From the NCBI GenBank assembly GCA_038231435.1, contig JBBRLJ010000052.1, positions 1-29,788 of the forward strand: a stretch of DNA of 29,788 bases, in the 5' to 3' direction. The number at the start of each line of letters is the position of its first letter. The stretch's first letter is position 1. Below are positions 1 through 8,140 of the stretch, one piece after another. A model generated the notes under the pieces. That model was given only the letters and a program-made list of their open reading frames with translations. It did not search any database and was not told where the DNA came from. Source of the DNA: Planctomycetota bacterium. GTDB lineage: Bacteria; Planctomycetota; UBA11346. Made by a program: the position numbers and the translations under genes.

Positions 1-88
1 CCCCAGTTTTTGGTGTGGGGGGGCCCCCCCCCCCCCCCCCCAACCCCTACGCCCGCCCCGGGGCGCCCCCCCCCCCCGGGGGGGCCCC

Positions 89-222
89 GGGCGCCAGAGG
101 GGCGGTCGGCGGATAGAATGGGCGCAGCCCATCCGCCGACGATGTCACAGCGAAGCGAAGACATCGAGCCCCGACCAAGCCCGTGGGGTAGGCCCGTCAG
201 GGCCGTAGGGGCGGAGCCCCTG
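89..222 (+). repeat. Dispersed multi-hairpin repeat, family 1, copy 1 (REP/REPIN-like)
   Basis: GTCGGCGGA..TGGGC-GCA-GCCCA..TCCGCCGAC, CGATGTC..GACATCG, GTAGGCCC-GTCA-GGGCCGTAGGGGC-GGA-GCCCCTG. Homologous to 7551-7713, 23995-24159 (-) and 29656-29788 (-). Confidence 0.9.
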
Positions 223-236
223 GGAAAAAAACCGCC

Positions 237-1601
237 TTAGCGGTTTTGTTCCAGATAAAAGTCGCCAATGACCTCGGCGATGCGCTTGTCCCAGGTCTTC
301 AGGAACTGCGCCTGGGTAGCGGCGTAGAGCGGGCTGATCTCGATGCGCGCGTTCGCCGGCAGCGCGACGCGCACCCCGGCTGCGCGCAGCCATGAGGCGT
401 ACTGGTCGCTCGCGAGCTGCACCGCGCTCTGGGCGCTGTCGACGCCGCTGGCGTTCTTCACCGGCGCGAACTCATCCTCGCGGCGGATGGCGAGGCCGAG
501 CGAGGTCTTCGCCTTGGGGATCAGATCGAAGATGAAGCGTTCGTTCTTCCAGCCCTTGACCTCGCGCACTGCGCCGTCGAGCCAGGCCTTCAACGGCTTC
601 GAGCTGCGGTGCAGTGGTGGTTGGAAGCCGGCGGCGGCCAGGCGCGCGAGGAAGGGCACGCTCCAGCAGTGGATGGCCGGGCTGCCCCAGCGGTAGACCA
701 GATCACCAGCGGCGTTCTTCTGCCGCGTCTGCTCGGGCGTGAGCTCGGTGTATTCGATGATGGTGTCGTGCGCGCCCACGCGCACCAGATGCCCGACCTT
801 CTCATCGGGATTGGCCTTCTCGAGCACCTTGGTGATGACGTCGGAACGCTCGACCTCGGCCAGGCCGACCATCAGCGGATCGTCGACCGGCACGATGATA
901 TTGTCGACCTGGATGTAGGCGATGTGCGCGATGCCCTCGCGCACCAGGCGCTCGAGATTCCCCGATTTCACCAGCGCGGTGAAGCAGCCGCCGTGGCCGT
1001 CGGGATTCTCGAGCATCTTGCCGGGCTTCTCGATGAGCGCCCGCCCCTGCTGGTCGAGACTGGGCACGGTGCCCTGGCTGAAGAAGCGCACCTGCTCGCG
1101 GGCGAGCCCGAACGAGCCGTGCGCGGCGAAGAAGTCGCGCGTCTCGGCATCGGTCATCGGGCTGGTCATCACCAGGAACGGCACCGCGTGCCCGACACGG
1201 CGCGACAGGCTCAGCACCTTCTCGGCCTGCAGCTGGTAGATGCTCTTGTGCGAATGCGGTCCGACGGTGAAGCAGCCCTTCGGGCCACTGACGCCGAGGC
1301 GCGTGCCCTGGCCGCCCGCGACCATCAACACCGCTACCTTGCCGGCGCGGTACGCGCGTTCGCCGGCCGGTTCGAGTTCGGCCGCGCGCTTCGCCCGCTC
1401 GGCCAGATCGATCACGCGGCTCGACGCCACCTCGCCGGCGCTGTGCAGCGACTGCTGGTGATGGAGCTCGGCCCAATCGACATCCGCAAGACGGGCGAGG
1501 TAGGCCGCACGCTCGGTTTCGCCAAAACTCTCGACCCCGACCAGCAGGTGCCCCTGCCCATGCTTCGTCAGAGTTTCGGACAACGCGAAATGGTCGACCA
1601 T
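237..1601 (-). CDS. UDP-N-acetylhexosamine pyrophosphorylase (UAP/UDPGP family, eukaryote-like)
   Basis: Motifs AGGQGTRLGVSGPKG, PDGHGG, QVDN, EKVG, EYTE, ERFIFD, EFAPVKNA. GGAG upstream of the ATG. Confidence 0.9.
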   Translation of the reverse strand: MVDHFALSETLTKHGQGHLLVGVESFGETERAAYLARLADVDWAELHHQQSLHSAGEVASSRVIDLAERAKRAAELEPAGERAYRAGKVAVLMVAGGQGTRLGVSGPKGCFTVGPHSHKSIYQLQAEKVLSLSRRVGHAVPFLVMTSPMTDAETRDFFAAHGSFGLAREQVRFFSQGTVPSLDQQGRALIEKPGKMLENPDGHGGCFTALVKSGNLERLVREGIAHIAYIQVDNIIVPVDDPLMVGLAEVERSDVITKVLEKANPDEKVGHLVRVGAHDTIIEYTELTPEQTRQKNAAGDLVYRWGSPAIHCWSVPFLARLAAAGFQPPLHRSSKPLKAWLDGAVREVKGWKNERFIFDLIPKAKTSLGLAIRREDEFAPVKNASGVDSAQSAVQLASDQYASWLRAAGVRVALPANARIEISPLYAATQAQFLKTWDKRIAEVIGDFYLEQNR

Positions 1602-1617
1602 GTCAGCTCCAGCCCGC

Positions 1618-1644
1618 AGGATGCCGAGGTGCCACGACCGTCAA
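1618..1644 (-). promoter_or_regulatory. Candidate promoter TTGACG-N15-CATCCT for the UAP gene
   Basis: Read on the minus strand. The same geometry recurs upstream of several genes in the window. Confidence 0.5.
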
Positions 1645-1718
1645 GCCGCCGCTACTCGGAAGCGAACGTCATCGCCCCAGCAGCGCCCAGGCGCCTGCTC
1701 CAACCCTCACTGATTCCC

Positions 1719-1796
1719 GCTGTCTGGGGGGCAGCGCGGAGCGCGATGTTGGTGGGGGCCGTAGCCCCCCAACTGAAAGCGCCCCCCAACTGAAAG
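1719..1796 (+). repeat. Dispersed palindromic repeat, family 2, copy A
   Basis: GCTGTCTGGGGGGCA-GCGC-GGA-GCGC-GATGTTGG..GGCCGTAGCCCCCCAACTGAAAG. The 16-bp end is duplicated (1764-1779 and 1781-1796). Homologous to 9103-9161, 12908-13032 and 28226-28260. Confidence 0.85.
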
Positions 1797-2774
1797 TCAC
1801 TTGTCCTTGTCGTCCGGCGCGCCCACTTCCAGCTGCGGAATGAGGATGCCGTCGGCGGGGAAGTCGGCGACTCGCGCGGTGACGGCGGCGACCAGGCCCT
1901 TCTTGAGCGCGACCTGGTCGGGCTCGGCGAAATCGGCGGCAGGCAACTCGTGGACGTAGCCGAGGATGGCGTCGCGGATCAGCGGCGCCTTGGGCTCGAA
2001 CACCCGCGCGGTCGCGGCGTCGGCGAAGTAGAGGGCGATCTGCAGCGACAGCTGACGCTTGCCGAGCTTGTCCAGCGTGCGCGTCTGCTGCAACGGCGGC
2101 AGCGAGATGATCACCGGGCCCGCGACATCGGCGGGCTTGGCTTCGTCTTTGGAATCCTTGGCGTCGCCTGGCTTCGCCGCGTCGCCACCGCTCTTGGCAT
2201 TGGCATTGGCATTGGCATTGGCATTGGCGGCCGCGACCTCGGTGGCGGGCTTGGCTCCATCAGCACCCGAGGCGGCTGGAGGCTGAGCGGGCTTGGCGAT
2301 CTCGGCCTGGTAGTCGATGAGGTCGAGCAGCAGCGCGTCGCGCGCCTTGCCTGATTGCAGGCCCGGCGGCAATGAGGCGAGCGCTTCGACGAGCGGCTCG
2401 CGCGCCACCAGGATACGCGCCAAGGCTTGGCGCAGCTGATCCTCGTCGGCGTTCGAGATGCGGGTCTTCACGTGGCGCGCGGCGATGAGCACCAGCGCGT
2501 CGAGATCGCGCTGACGGTAGACCTGGCGCCCCACGGCGACGATGGCCGAGGTCGGATCCGGCTTGGGCGCAGCCGCCGGAGGCGTCGCGGGAGTCGCGGC
2601 CGGCGTGGATGTGGGCGCGGTAGCGACCGTCGGCTCGGACTTGGCCGCGGGCTCGGCCGCGAGGACCGTGGAGGGCAGGGTGCTCGCCAGGCAGGCGACC
2701 AGGCACAGCGCGCCGGCATTGGGGAAGGTGGGATTCCAGAAGGCAGAACGCGGGAACCAAGAGGGGAGCTTCAT
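1797..2774 (-). CDS. Exported protein with Ala/Pro-rich linkers and a C-terminal FliL-like domain
   Basis: Signal-peptide-like N-terminus (ALCLVACLA..VLAAE). C-terminus ISLPPL..GKRQLSLQIAL..PLIRDAILGY..LKKGLVAAV resembles FliL. The start could instead be 2807. Confidence 0.6.
   Translation of the reverse strand: MKLPSWFPRSAFWNPTFPNAGALCLVACLASTLPSTVLAAEPAAKSEPTVATAPTSTPAATPATPPAAAPKPDPTSAIVAVGRQVYRQRDLDALVLIAARHVKTRISNADEDQLRQALARILVAREPLVEALASLPPGLQSGKARDALLLDLIDYQAEIAKPAQPPAASGADGAKPATEVAAANANANANANAKSGGDAAKPGDAKDSKDEAKPADVAGPVIISLPPLQQTRTLDKLGKRQLSLQIALYFADAATARVFEPKAPLIRDAILGYVHELPAADFAEPDQVALKKGLVAAVTARVADFPADGILIPQLEVGAPDDKDK
2194..2228 (-). repeat. In-frame hexamer tandem repeat (TTGGCA)x5 encoding (Ala-Asn)5
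   Basis: Perfect repeat in the linker of the FliL-like protein. Confidence 0.9.
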
Positions 2775-2888
2775 GGCGCGGGTCCTTCGCCGCTCAGGGT
2801 AACGCATGCGACACGGTGGGCCACGATTTACCAGGCAATGCAGGCTGGTGAGTGGCGCGCTGGCGGCGGAACGGTACGACGGGCGGCG

Positions 2889-5321
2889 ATGCCCGCCGCA
2901 AGCGCCCCGATCGGCACCGTCCAGCGCCCGCCACCCTGGACATCGCTCCCGGCCATAGCTCGGACCAGCCTCCAGGCCTCCTCGTGGATGATGGTCGCCA
3001 TGACCGGTGCGCTGGTCGCCGCCTGGCTCAGCGGCTGCGGCCAGACCGGCCCAGCGAGCGCTCCTTCCGGGTCGCCATCTCCCTGGTCGTCGCTCGACGA
3101 GTTCGAGCAGGGAGGCGGTTGGACGCTCGACAGCGCCAACGACTACGCCGCGCTCGCCACCACCACGCGTTCGGTGACCTCGGGTGGCACCGCCCTGCAG
3201 GTCGATTACGCGGACAACGGCCGCGACAAAGCGGTGCTGCGCAAGGAGGTCGACCTCGATCTCTCAGGCGTCACCACGCTCGCCATCGACGCGCTCGAGC
3301 CCGGAGACGCGACGGTCTCGCTCGCGCTCGCGCTGCGCGTGAAGGACGGCTCGCTATACGAGACCGTGCCCATGGTCCTGCGGCCCGGTTGGAACCGCGA
3401 CCTGGTGTTCACGCTCGACGAGGCGGGATTCAAGAAGGGTACCGATCTGGTGAAGTGGCGCGCCGCGTCGACGCAGGTCAACCGCCTGCTGCTGCACATC
3501 ACCCCCGCCAAGGGTGACGGGCGGCTGGTGCTCGACTCGCTGCGCTATGCGCCCGCGAACGCGGCCATCGAGCATCGCGACAGCGCGCGCATCGTCGCAC
3601 ACGCGCCGCCGGCCGGCGAGATTCCGGTGCGTGGCCTGGCCGAGATCGCGTTGGACGTCGCCTTCCCCGCCGACGCGGTGCTGGCCAAGGATGGGCTCGC
3701 CGACACCTTCCTGCGACGCATGACCGCGGTGCAGGCGCGGGTCGCCGCTCCCGACGGCACGGTCATGACGGTGAACGGCTTCTGCTGCGGCATCGGCGCG
3801 GCGAAGACGGATGTCGCCGTGACCCTCGATGCCGCCGCCACGAGCGGCGGCGGATCCGCGGAAACGATCTACCATTACCGGATCCGCATCTCGCCGCACT
3901 GCGCGGGCGAGTGGCGCTACCAGGCGGGCGTGACGGCGGGAGGGCGATGGAGCTGGCGCGACGCTGCCTCGTTCGTGGTCTCCGACCGGATCGCTGGACC
4001 AGGCCCCATCGCCATCGATCAGGCGGATCCACGCTGGTTCGCACGCGCCGATGGCAGCTGGTTCTACCCGCTCGGCGAGAACGTCGCCTGGAGCGGCGAC
4101 TACGCTCCCTACGTCAAGCCGCTCGCCGCGTCCGGCGGCAACTTCCTGCGCACCTGGATGTGCCCATGGAACCATCCGCTCGACATCGCAGGCAAGCTCG
4201 ACGTGGTGAACTTCGGCTCGGCCGACCAGCTCGACGCAGTCTTCGCCATGGCGCGCTCCTCTGGCGTCGCCGTGCAGCTGTGCCTGCAATACCACGGCAT
4301 TCTCGGCGGCGACTGGGGACGCAATCCCTTCAACAAGGCGAATGGCGGGCCGTGCACCGACGCGCGCGAGTTCTGGTCGAGCTGGCAGGCGCGCGCGCTG
4401 TTCAAGCGCCAGCTCGACTACGTGGTCGCGCGCTGGGGGTATTCGCCCGACCTGTTCGCGTGGGAGCTGTGGAACGAGGCCGACCTGACGCCGCGCTTCG
4501 CCGACGCCGACATCGTCTCGTGGCACCGCGAGATGGCCGCGTACCTGCGCGAGAACGACCCGCACCATCACCTCGTCACCACCAGCACGTCGTGGGCCGG
4601 AGCCCTGCCCGAGCTGTGGAAGACCGACGGCATCGACATCTGTCAGATCCATCTCTACGACCCGCGCTCGGCGCGCGCGCTGGCTGGCGTGGCGGCGGCG
4701 ACCGCGACCATCCATCGACCGGTGATGGTCGCCGAGATCGGCCGCGGCTGGGAGGCGGCCACCGATCAGGTCGATCCCGAGGGCCGCTCGCTGCGCCAGG
4801 CGCTGTGGAGCGGCTGGATGCTCGGCTTCGCCGGAGGCGCCCTGCCCTGGTGGTGGGACACGCACCTCGAACCGAACCAGCTGACCGCGCGTTTCGCCGC
4901 GCTCGCCGCCTATGCCAAGGGCGAGGATCCGCGCGGCCATCACCTGCGCACGCTCGCGGTACCGCTCGGCGAGCATCTCGAGGCGCTGTGCCTGATCGGC
5001 CCTGAGCGCGCTTACGGCTATGTCTTCGCGAACGACGACGGCGAGCGCCCGCGCGCCGCGCGACTCGCGCCGCTGGTTCCGGCCGGCAAGCATCTGGTCA
5101 TCGCCGGCATCGCGCCCGGCGCCTGGACGCTCGAGATCTGGGACACGCTCAGCGGCAAGATCACGCTCACGCGCGTGATCCAGGCCACCGACGAGGGCGC
5201 GGTGCTCGAGCTGCCGGCTGAGCCGCCGGCAGCGACGGGGGCGGCAAGTGCCCCGGCAAGCGACCTCGCCTTCAAGCTCACGCGCCGCCACGCCATCGAG
5301 CCTGGCCTGCGCCTGGAGTGA
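2889..5321 (+). CDS. Putative lipoprotein glycoside hydrolase (clan A/GH5-like; DUF5060/DUF4038-like with an N-terminal CBM-like domain)
   Basis: Hydrophobic segment plus lipobox LSGC. DPRWFARADGSWFYPLGEN, YVVARWGYSPDLFAWELWNE (acid/base Glu), QIHLY, PVMVAEIG (nucleophile Glu), WWWD. Start uncertain (2889 or 2988). Confidence 0.75.
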   Translation: MPAASAPIGTVQRPPPWTSLPAIARTSLQASSWMMVAMTGALVAAWLSGCGQTGPASAPSGSPSPWSSLDEFEQGGGWTLDSANDYAALATTTRSVTSGGTALQVDYADNGRDKAVLRKEVDLDLSGVTTLAIDALEPGDATVSLALALRVKDGSLYETVPMVLRPGWNRDLVFTLDEAGFKKGTDLVKWRAASTQVNRLLLHITPAKGDGRLVLDSLRYAPANAAIEHRDSARIVAHAPPAGEIPVRGLAEIALDVAFPADAVLAKDGLADTFLRRMTAVQARVAAPDGTVMTVNGFCCGIGAAKTDVAVTLDAAATSGGGSAETIYHYRIRISPHCAGEWRYQAGVTAGGRWSWRDAASFVVSDRIAGPGPIAIDQADPRWFARADGSWFYPLGENVAWSGDYAPYVKPLAASGGNFLRTWMCPWNHPLDIAGKLDVVNFGSADQLDAVFAMARSSGVAVQLCLQYHGILGGDWGRNPFNKANGGPCTDAREFWSSWQARALFKRQLDYVVARWGYSPDLFAWELWNEADLTPRFADADIVSWHREMAAYLRENDPHHHLVTTSTSWAGALPELWKTDGIDICQIHLYDPRSARALAGVAAATATIHRPVMVAEIGRGWEAATDQVDPEGRSLRQALWSGWMLGFAGGALPWWWDTHLEPNQLTARFAALAAYAKGEDPRGHHLRTLAVPLGEHLEALCLIGPERAYGYVFANDDGERPRAARLAPLVPAGKHLVIAGIAPGAWTLEIWDTLSGKITLTRVIQATDEGAVLELPAEPPAATGAASAPASDLAFKLTRRHAIEPGLRLE

Positions 5322-5325
5322 ACCG

Positions 5326-5595
5326 ATGCCGCAGCCGCTGAAGAAGCATTGGGATATCGATCCCGAACTACAGGCGAAGATCGCCGAGGCCCGCGTCCGC
5401 GACGATCCCGCGGCCAGGATCGGCGAGGCGCGGCGCAAGATGATCATCGGCACGGTGATCGCGCTGGTGCTGCTGGTCGTGATCGGCGTGATCGTGGTGG
5501 CGCGGCTGCTGCACCATTCGATCGGCGGTCTCGACGGCACCCTCAAATCCCACGACGCCCAGGGCAAGGACGCCGCCGCCGAAGTCGGCGACTGA
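5326..5595 (+). CDS. Small single-pass membrane protein, unknown function
   Basis: ATG lies 4 nt after the GH stop. One strongly hydrophobic helix (MIIGTVIALVLLVVIGVIVVA). GC3-rich codons. Confidence 0.7.
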   Translation: MPQPLKKHWDIDPELQAKIAEARVRDDPAARIGEARRKMIIGTVIALVLLVVIGVIVVARLLHHSIGGLDGTLKSHDAQGKDAAAEVGD

Positions 5596-5652
5596 AGGAA
5601 GGCCGAGGACATACGGCGCCCTCGCTTTGGCGGCTTCCAGGCCTCTGACTCC

Positions 5653-5722
5653 TCCCGCTCTCAGCTCTCAGCTCTCAGCTTTCCGCCTGCCGCTTGCTGC
5701 TCGCCGCTTCCCGCTTTCCGCT
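5653..5722 (+). repeat. Degenerate heptamer tandem repeat (10 units, mostly NNNNGCT)
   Basis: tcccgct ctcagct ctcagct ctcagct ttccgcc tgccgct tgctgct cgccgct tcccgct ttccgct. Confidence 0.85.
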
Positions 5723-5755
5723 TTGCCTCCAGCACCTCCTCCGATCATCCCGTCC

Positions 5756-7444
5756 ATGCGCCGTTCCGATCTCTGGCTGATCATCGGCGGCGCGCTGGCC
5801 GGCGCGCTGTTCTTCGCCGCCATTTCCACGTTGTGGCCGCTGGTGCCCGGTGATCTGCAGCGCGACGCCGCCTTTTTCGCGCCACGTGCCCAGCCGCTCT
5901 CGCCGGTACTCGGCACCGATCTCTCGCGCTACCGCGTCGCCAGCCGGCTGCGCGTCGACGATCCCGCGCTGACCTACGTCGAACGCGCCTTTGGCGACCA
6001 CGGCCGCGAGCGCGCGCGCGCTTGCATCCGCGATGGCTTACCGCTCGCCTACTACTTGGTGACGTTCAAGCAGCGCGGCAGCGCCGATCCGGTGAAGGTC
6101 GAGTTGCTCTCCGACGGGCGCGTCCTGGGTTGGGAGCGGACCATGCAGGAGGACGCGCCGGCGCGCGCGCTCGGAGCCATCGACGCCGAGGCGGTGGCGC
6201 GTGGCGTGGCGGGAATCGGCGGCGTGCTCGGCCTGGACTTGGACGCCTACAAGGTGAAGGACCGCAGCACCCGCGAACGCCCGAACCGCGTCGACCACCA
6301 GTTCACCTTCGAGCGCGCCTGGACCACCGACGAGGAACCCGAGCTGCGCGAGCGGCTCGAGCTCACGGTCTCCGGTGACCGCGTCACCAAGGCCTGGCGC
6401 ACGGTGGTGGTGCCGGCGGCGGCCGAGCGCGACGCGCGCGCGCGTCGCGCGCCGGTGGAGACGGTGCAGGCCTTCGGCTTCGCGGCTCTCGCGGCCGGCG
6501 CGCTCGCGGCGCTAGCGGTGCTGCTGGTCGGGCTCGGCCGTGGCGAGGTTCGGCTGCGCCAGGCGGTGGCGGTGGTAGTGGTCGCGGGATGCATGGAGCT
6601 GACGGTGGACGCCTTACAGCAGGCGGCCTTGTTCGAGCGCTGGGATCCGCTGTGGCCGCGCTGGATGGCGATGGCGAAGGACCTGGCCTACGACGCCATG
6701 GAAGGCCTGTCGATGCTGCTGCCGCTGCTCGCGTTCGTCGCGGCTGGCGACGCGCTCGACCGAAAACCATCGGCGACCGGGCTGCCAGGAGCGCAGCGCG
6801 GCGCGTCCCTGTGGGCGCTCGGGCGTGGCGAGCTGCGCGATCCGGCGGTGACCGCGGCTTCGCTGCGTGGTTTCCTGGTCGGAGCGCTGTGCGGCGGCAC
6901 GCTCGCGCTCGGCGTGCTGCTCGCGCTCGGCGGATCGGCCGGCGCACGCACCGCGCTGCAGCCGCGCGGGTTCTTCTTCTTCCCGATCAACTCGGCGATG
7001 CCCGCGCTCACCACGCTGTGCTTCTTCGCCCAGATCGCGTTGTTCGAGGAACTTGGCTACCGCTTCTTCGCCGGCACCTGGCTCAAACGGCTCACCGGCC
7101 GCACCTGGCTCGCCATCATCATCCCCGGCGCGGTCTACGGCCTCTGCCACACGGCGTACGATTTTCTGCCTCCAGCGGATCCCTGGTGGGCCCGCCCCCT
7201 GATCATGACCGCCGTCGGCTGCGTCTGGGGCTGGGCGTTCTTCCGCTACGACGCCCTCACCGTGGTGCTGTCGCACCTCACTGCTGACCTGTTCATCTTC
7301 AACTGGCCCCGCCTGGCGAGCGGCGACGCCTACGAAGCGACCATCGCCGCACTCACGATCTCCGTCCCACTCTGGCCAGCCGCCATCGGCATCCTCTGGC
7401 GCCGCCACCGACCACTCGCGTCGACAGAGACGAACTCACAGTAA
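5756..7444 (+). CDS. CPBP family (CAAX protease/Abi) intramembrane glutamic endopeptidase with a large extracytoplasmic domain
   Basis: C-terminal FEELGYR, GLCH and SHLTAD motifs within multiple TM helices. An N-terminal TM is followed by a ~200-aa soluble domain. Confidence 0.8.
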   Translation: MRRSDLWLIIGGALAGALFFAAISTLWPLVPGDLQRDAAFFAPRAQPLSPVLGTDLSRYRVASRLRVDDPALTYVERAFGDHGRERARACIRDGLPLAYYLVTFKQRGSADPVKVELLSDGRVLGWERTMQEDAPARALGAIDAEAVARGVAGIGGVLGLDLDAYKVKDRSTRERPNRVDHQFTFERAWTTDEEPELRERLELTVSGDRVTKAWRTVVVPAAAERDARARRAPVETVQAFGFAALAAGALAALAVLLVGLGRGEVRLRQAVAVVVVAGCMELTVDALQQAALFERWDPLWPRWMAMAKDLAYDAMEGLSMLLPLLAFVAAGDALDRKPSATGLPGAQRGASLWALGRGELRDPAVTAASLRGFLVGALCGGTLALGVLLALGGSAGARTALQPRGFFFFPINSAMPALTTLCFFAQIALFEELGYRFFAGTWLKRLTGRTWLAIIIPGAVYGLCHTAYDFLPPADPWWARPLIMTAVGCVWGWAFFRYDALTVVLSHLTADLFIFNWPRLASGDAYEATIAALTISVPLWPAAIGILWRRHRPLASTETNSQ

Positions 7445-7462
7445 CGCCAAACTCATTCAGCC

Positions 7463-7535
7463 GAGGGCCCCATCGCCCCGCGATGGGCGGCGCCGAGTGG
7501 CGCCCGATGATTCCGCCGGCCCCGGCGGAATCGAG
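7463..7535 (+). repeat. Partial, internally deleted family 1 repeat in tandem with copy 2
   Basis: GGCCCCATCGCCCCGCGATGGGCGGCGCCGAGTGGC..GATTCCGCCGGCCCCGGCGGAATCGAG duplicates the adjacent copy but lacks the central hairpin and the GTAG end. Confidence 0.8.
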
Positions 7536-7550
7536 TAACGAGAATCATTT

Positions 7551-7713
7551 TCCAACCGGGGGCCCCATCGCCCCGCGATGGGGCGGCGCCGAGTGGCAGT
7601 CGGCGGATACCATGGCGAAGCCATCCGCCGACGATTCCGCCGGCCCCCGGCGGAATCGAGCCACGACAAAGCCGTGGGGTAGGCCCGTCAGGGCCGTAGG
7701 GGCGAAGCCCCTG
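7551..7713 (+). repeat. Dispersed multi-hairpin repeat, family 1, copy 2
   Basis: CCCCATCGC/GCGATGGGG, GTCGGCGGA..TGGC-GAA-GCCA..TCCGCCGAC, GATTCCGCCGG/CCGGCGGAATC, GTAGGCCC-GTCA-GGGCCGTAGGGGC-GAA-GCCCCTG. Lies between convergent genes. Confidence 0.9.
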
Positions 7714-7718
7714 AATGA

Positions 7719-7979
7719 TTATGCAGTCCAGACACCCGAGGTGTAGTTCTGCGCCTTCACGAAGGTCTGCACCTCGGCCCAGGCCTGGCGAGCCAGGTTG
7801 AGATCGGTCGGGTGCTCGTAGCGCTTCAGGTACTCGTCCATGATCTCGACACCCAGGCGCGCGCGGCAGGCCCGGCGCAGGAGATCGCGCGAGTCCTTGT
7901 CGTAGCCGTTGGGATTGGCCTTGCTGTCCCGGACGGCGAGGGCGAGTTCCTGGATGGTGTGGTGTTGGAAACGCATCAT
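7719..7979 (-). CDS. Small hypothetical protein (86 aa)
   Basis: Fills the intergenic gap, has GC3-biased codons and a balanced composition. TTGACA is present upstream at 8013-8018 (-). Confidence 0.7.
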   Translation of the reverse strand: MMRFQHHTIQELALAVRDSKANPNGYDKDSRDLLRRACRARLGVEIMDEYLKRYEHPTDLNLARQAWAEVQTFVKAQNYTSGVWTA

Positions 7980-8061
7980 GGCTGATTAATCGTTACCCTC
8001 TGGTAGCCAGGTTGTCAATCGTGGTGCGACCATGGAAGACCTACGTACGACGCGTGGGAAA

Positions 8062-8102
8062 ACCGGAAATGCCAGACCCCCGCCGTGAGGCGAGGGTCTG
8101 GC
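8062..8102 (-). terminator. Probable intrinsic terminator downstream of the TIM-barrel gene
   Basis: Minus strand GCCAGACCCTCGCC-TCAC-GGCGGGGGTCTGGC, followed by ATTTCCGGTTTT. Confidence 0.6.
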
Positions 8103-8140
8103 GGGATTCCAATCGTGAAAGGCTGCATCGCCCGCCAGCA

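Noticed and set aside
1..88. C/G homopolymer runs and the 76-aa Pro-rich ORF 10..240
   Set aside because: Looks like low-quality contig-end sequence. The ORF simply reads through a family 1 repeat.
207..231. Hairpin plus A/T run as an intrinsic terminator for the UAP gene
   Set aside because: On the gene's strand the T-run precedes the hairpin instead of following it. The hairpin is the end of the repeat.
3354..5612. 752-aa antisense ORF (similarly 609..1793, 10593..12428, 18230..20671, 19938..21860, 21876..23963)
   Set aside because: Shadow ORFs opposite well-supported genes, expected in high-GC DNA. They carry no recognisable motifs.
5627..5755. N-terminal extension of the CPBP ORF (LSSQLSAFRLPLAARRFPLSA)
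   Set aside because: This is a translation of the heptamer tract. ATG 5756 directly precedes the first TM helix.
7463..7713. Possible CRISPR array or attC cassette sites
   Set aside because: No regular repeat-spacer periodicity, no cas or integrase gene, and the copies are dispersed among housekeeping genes.
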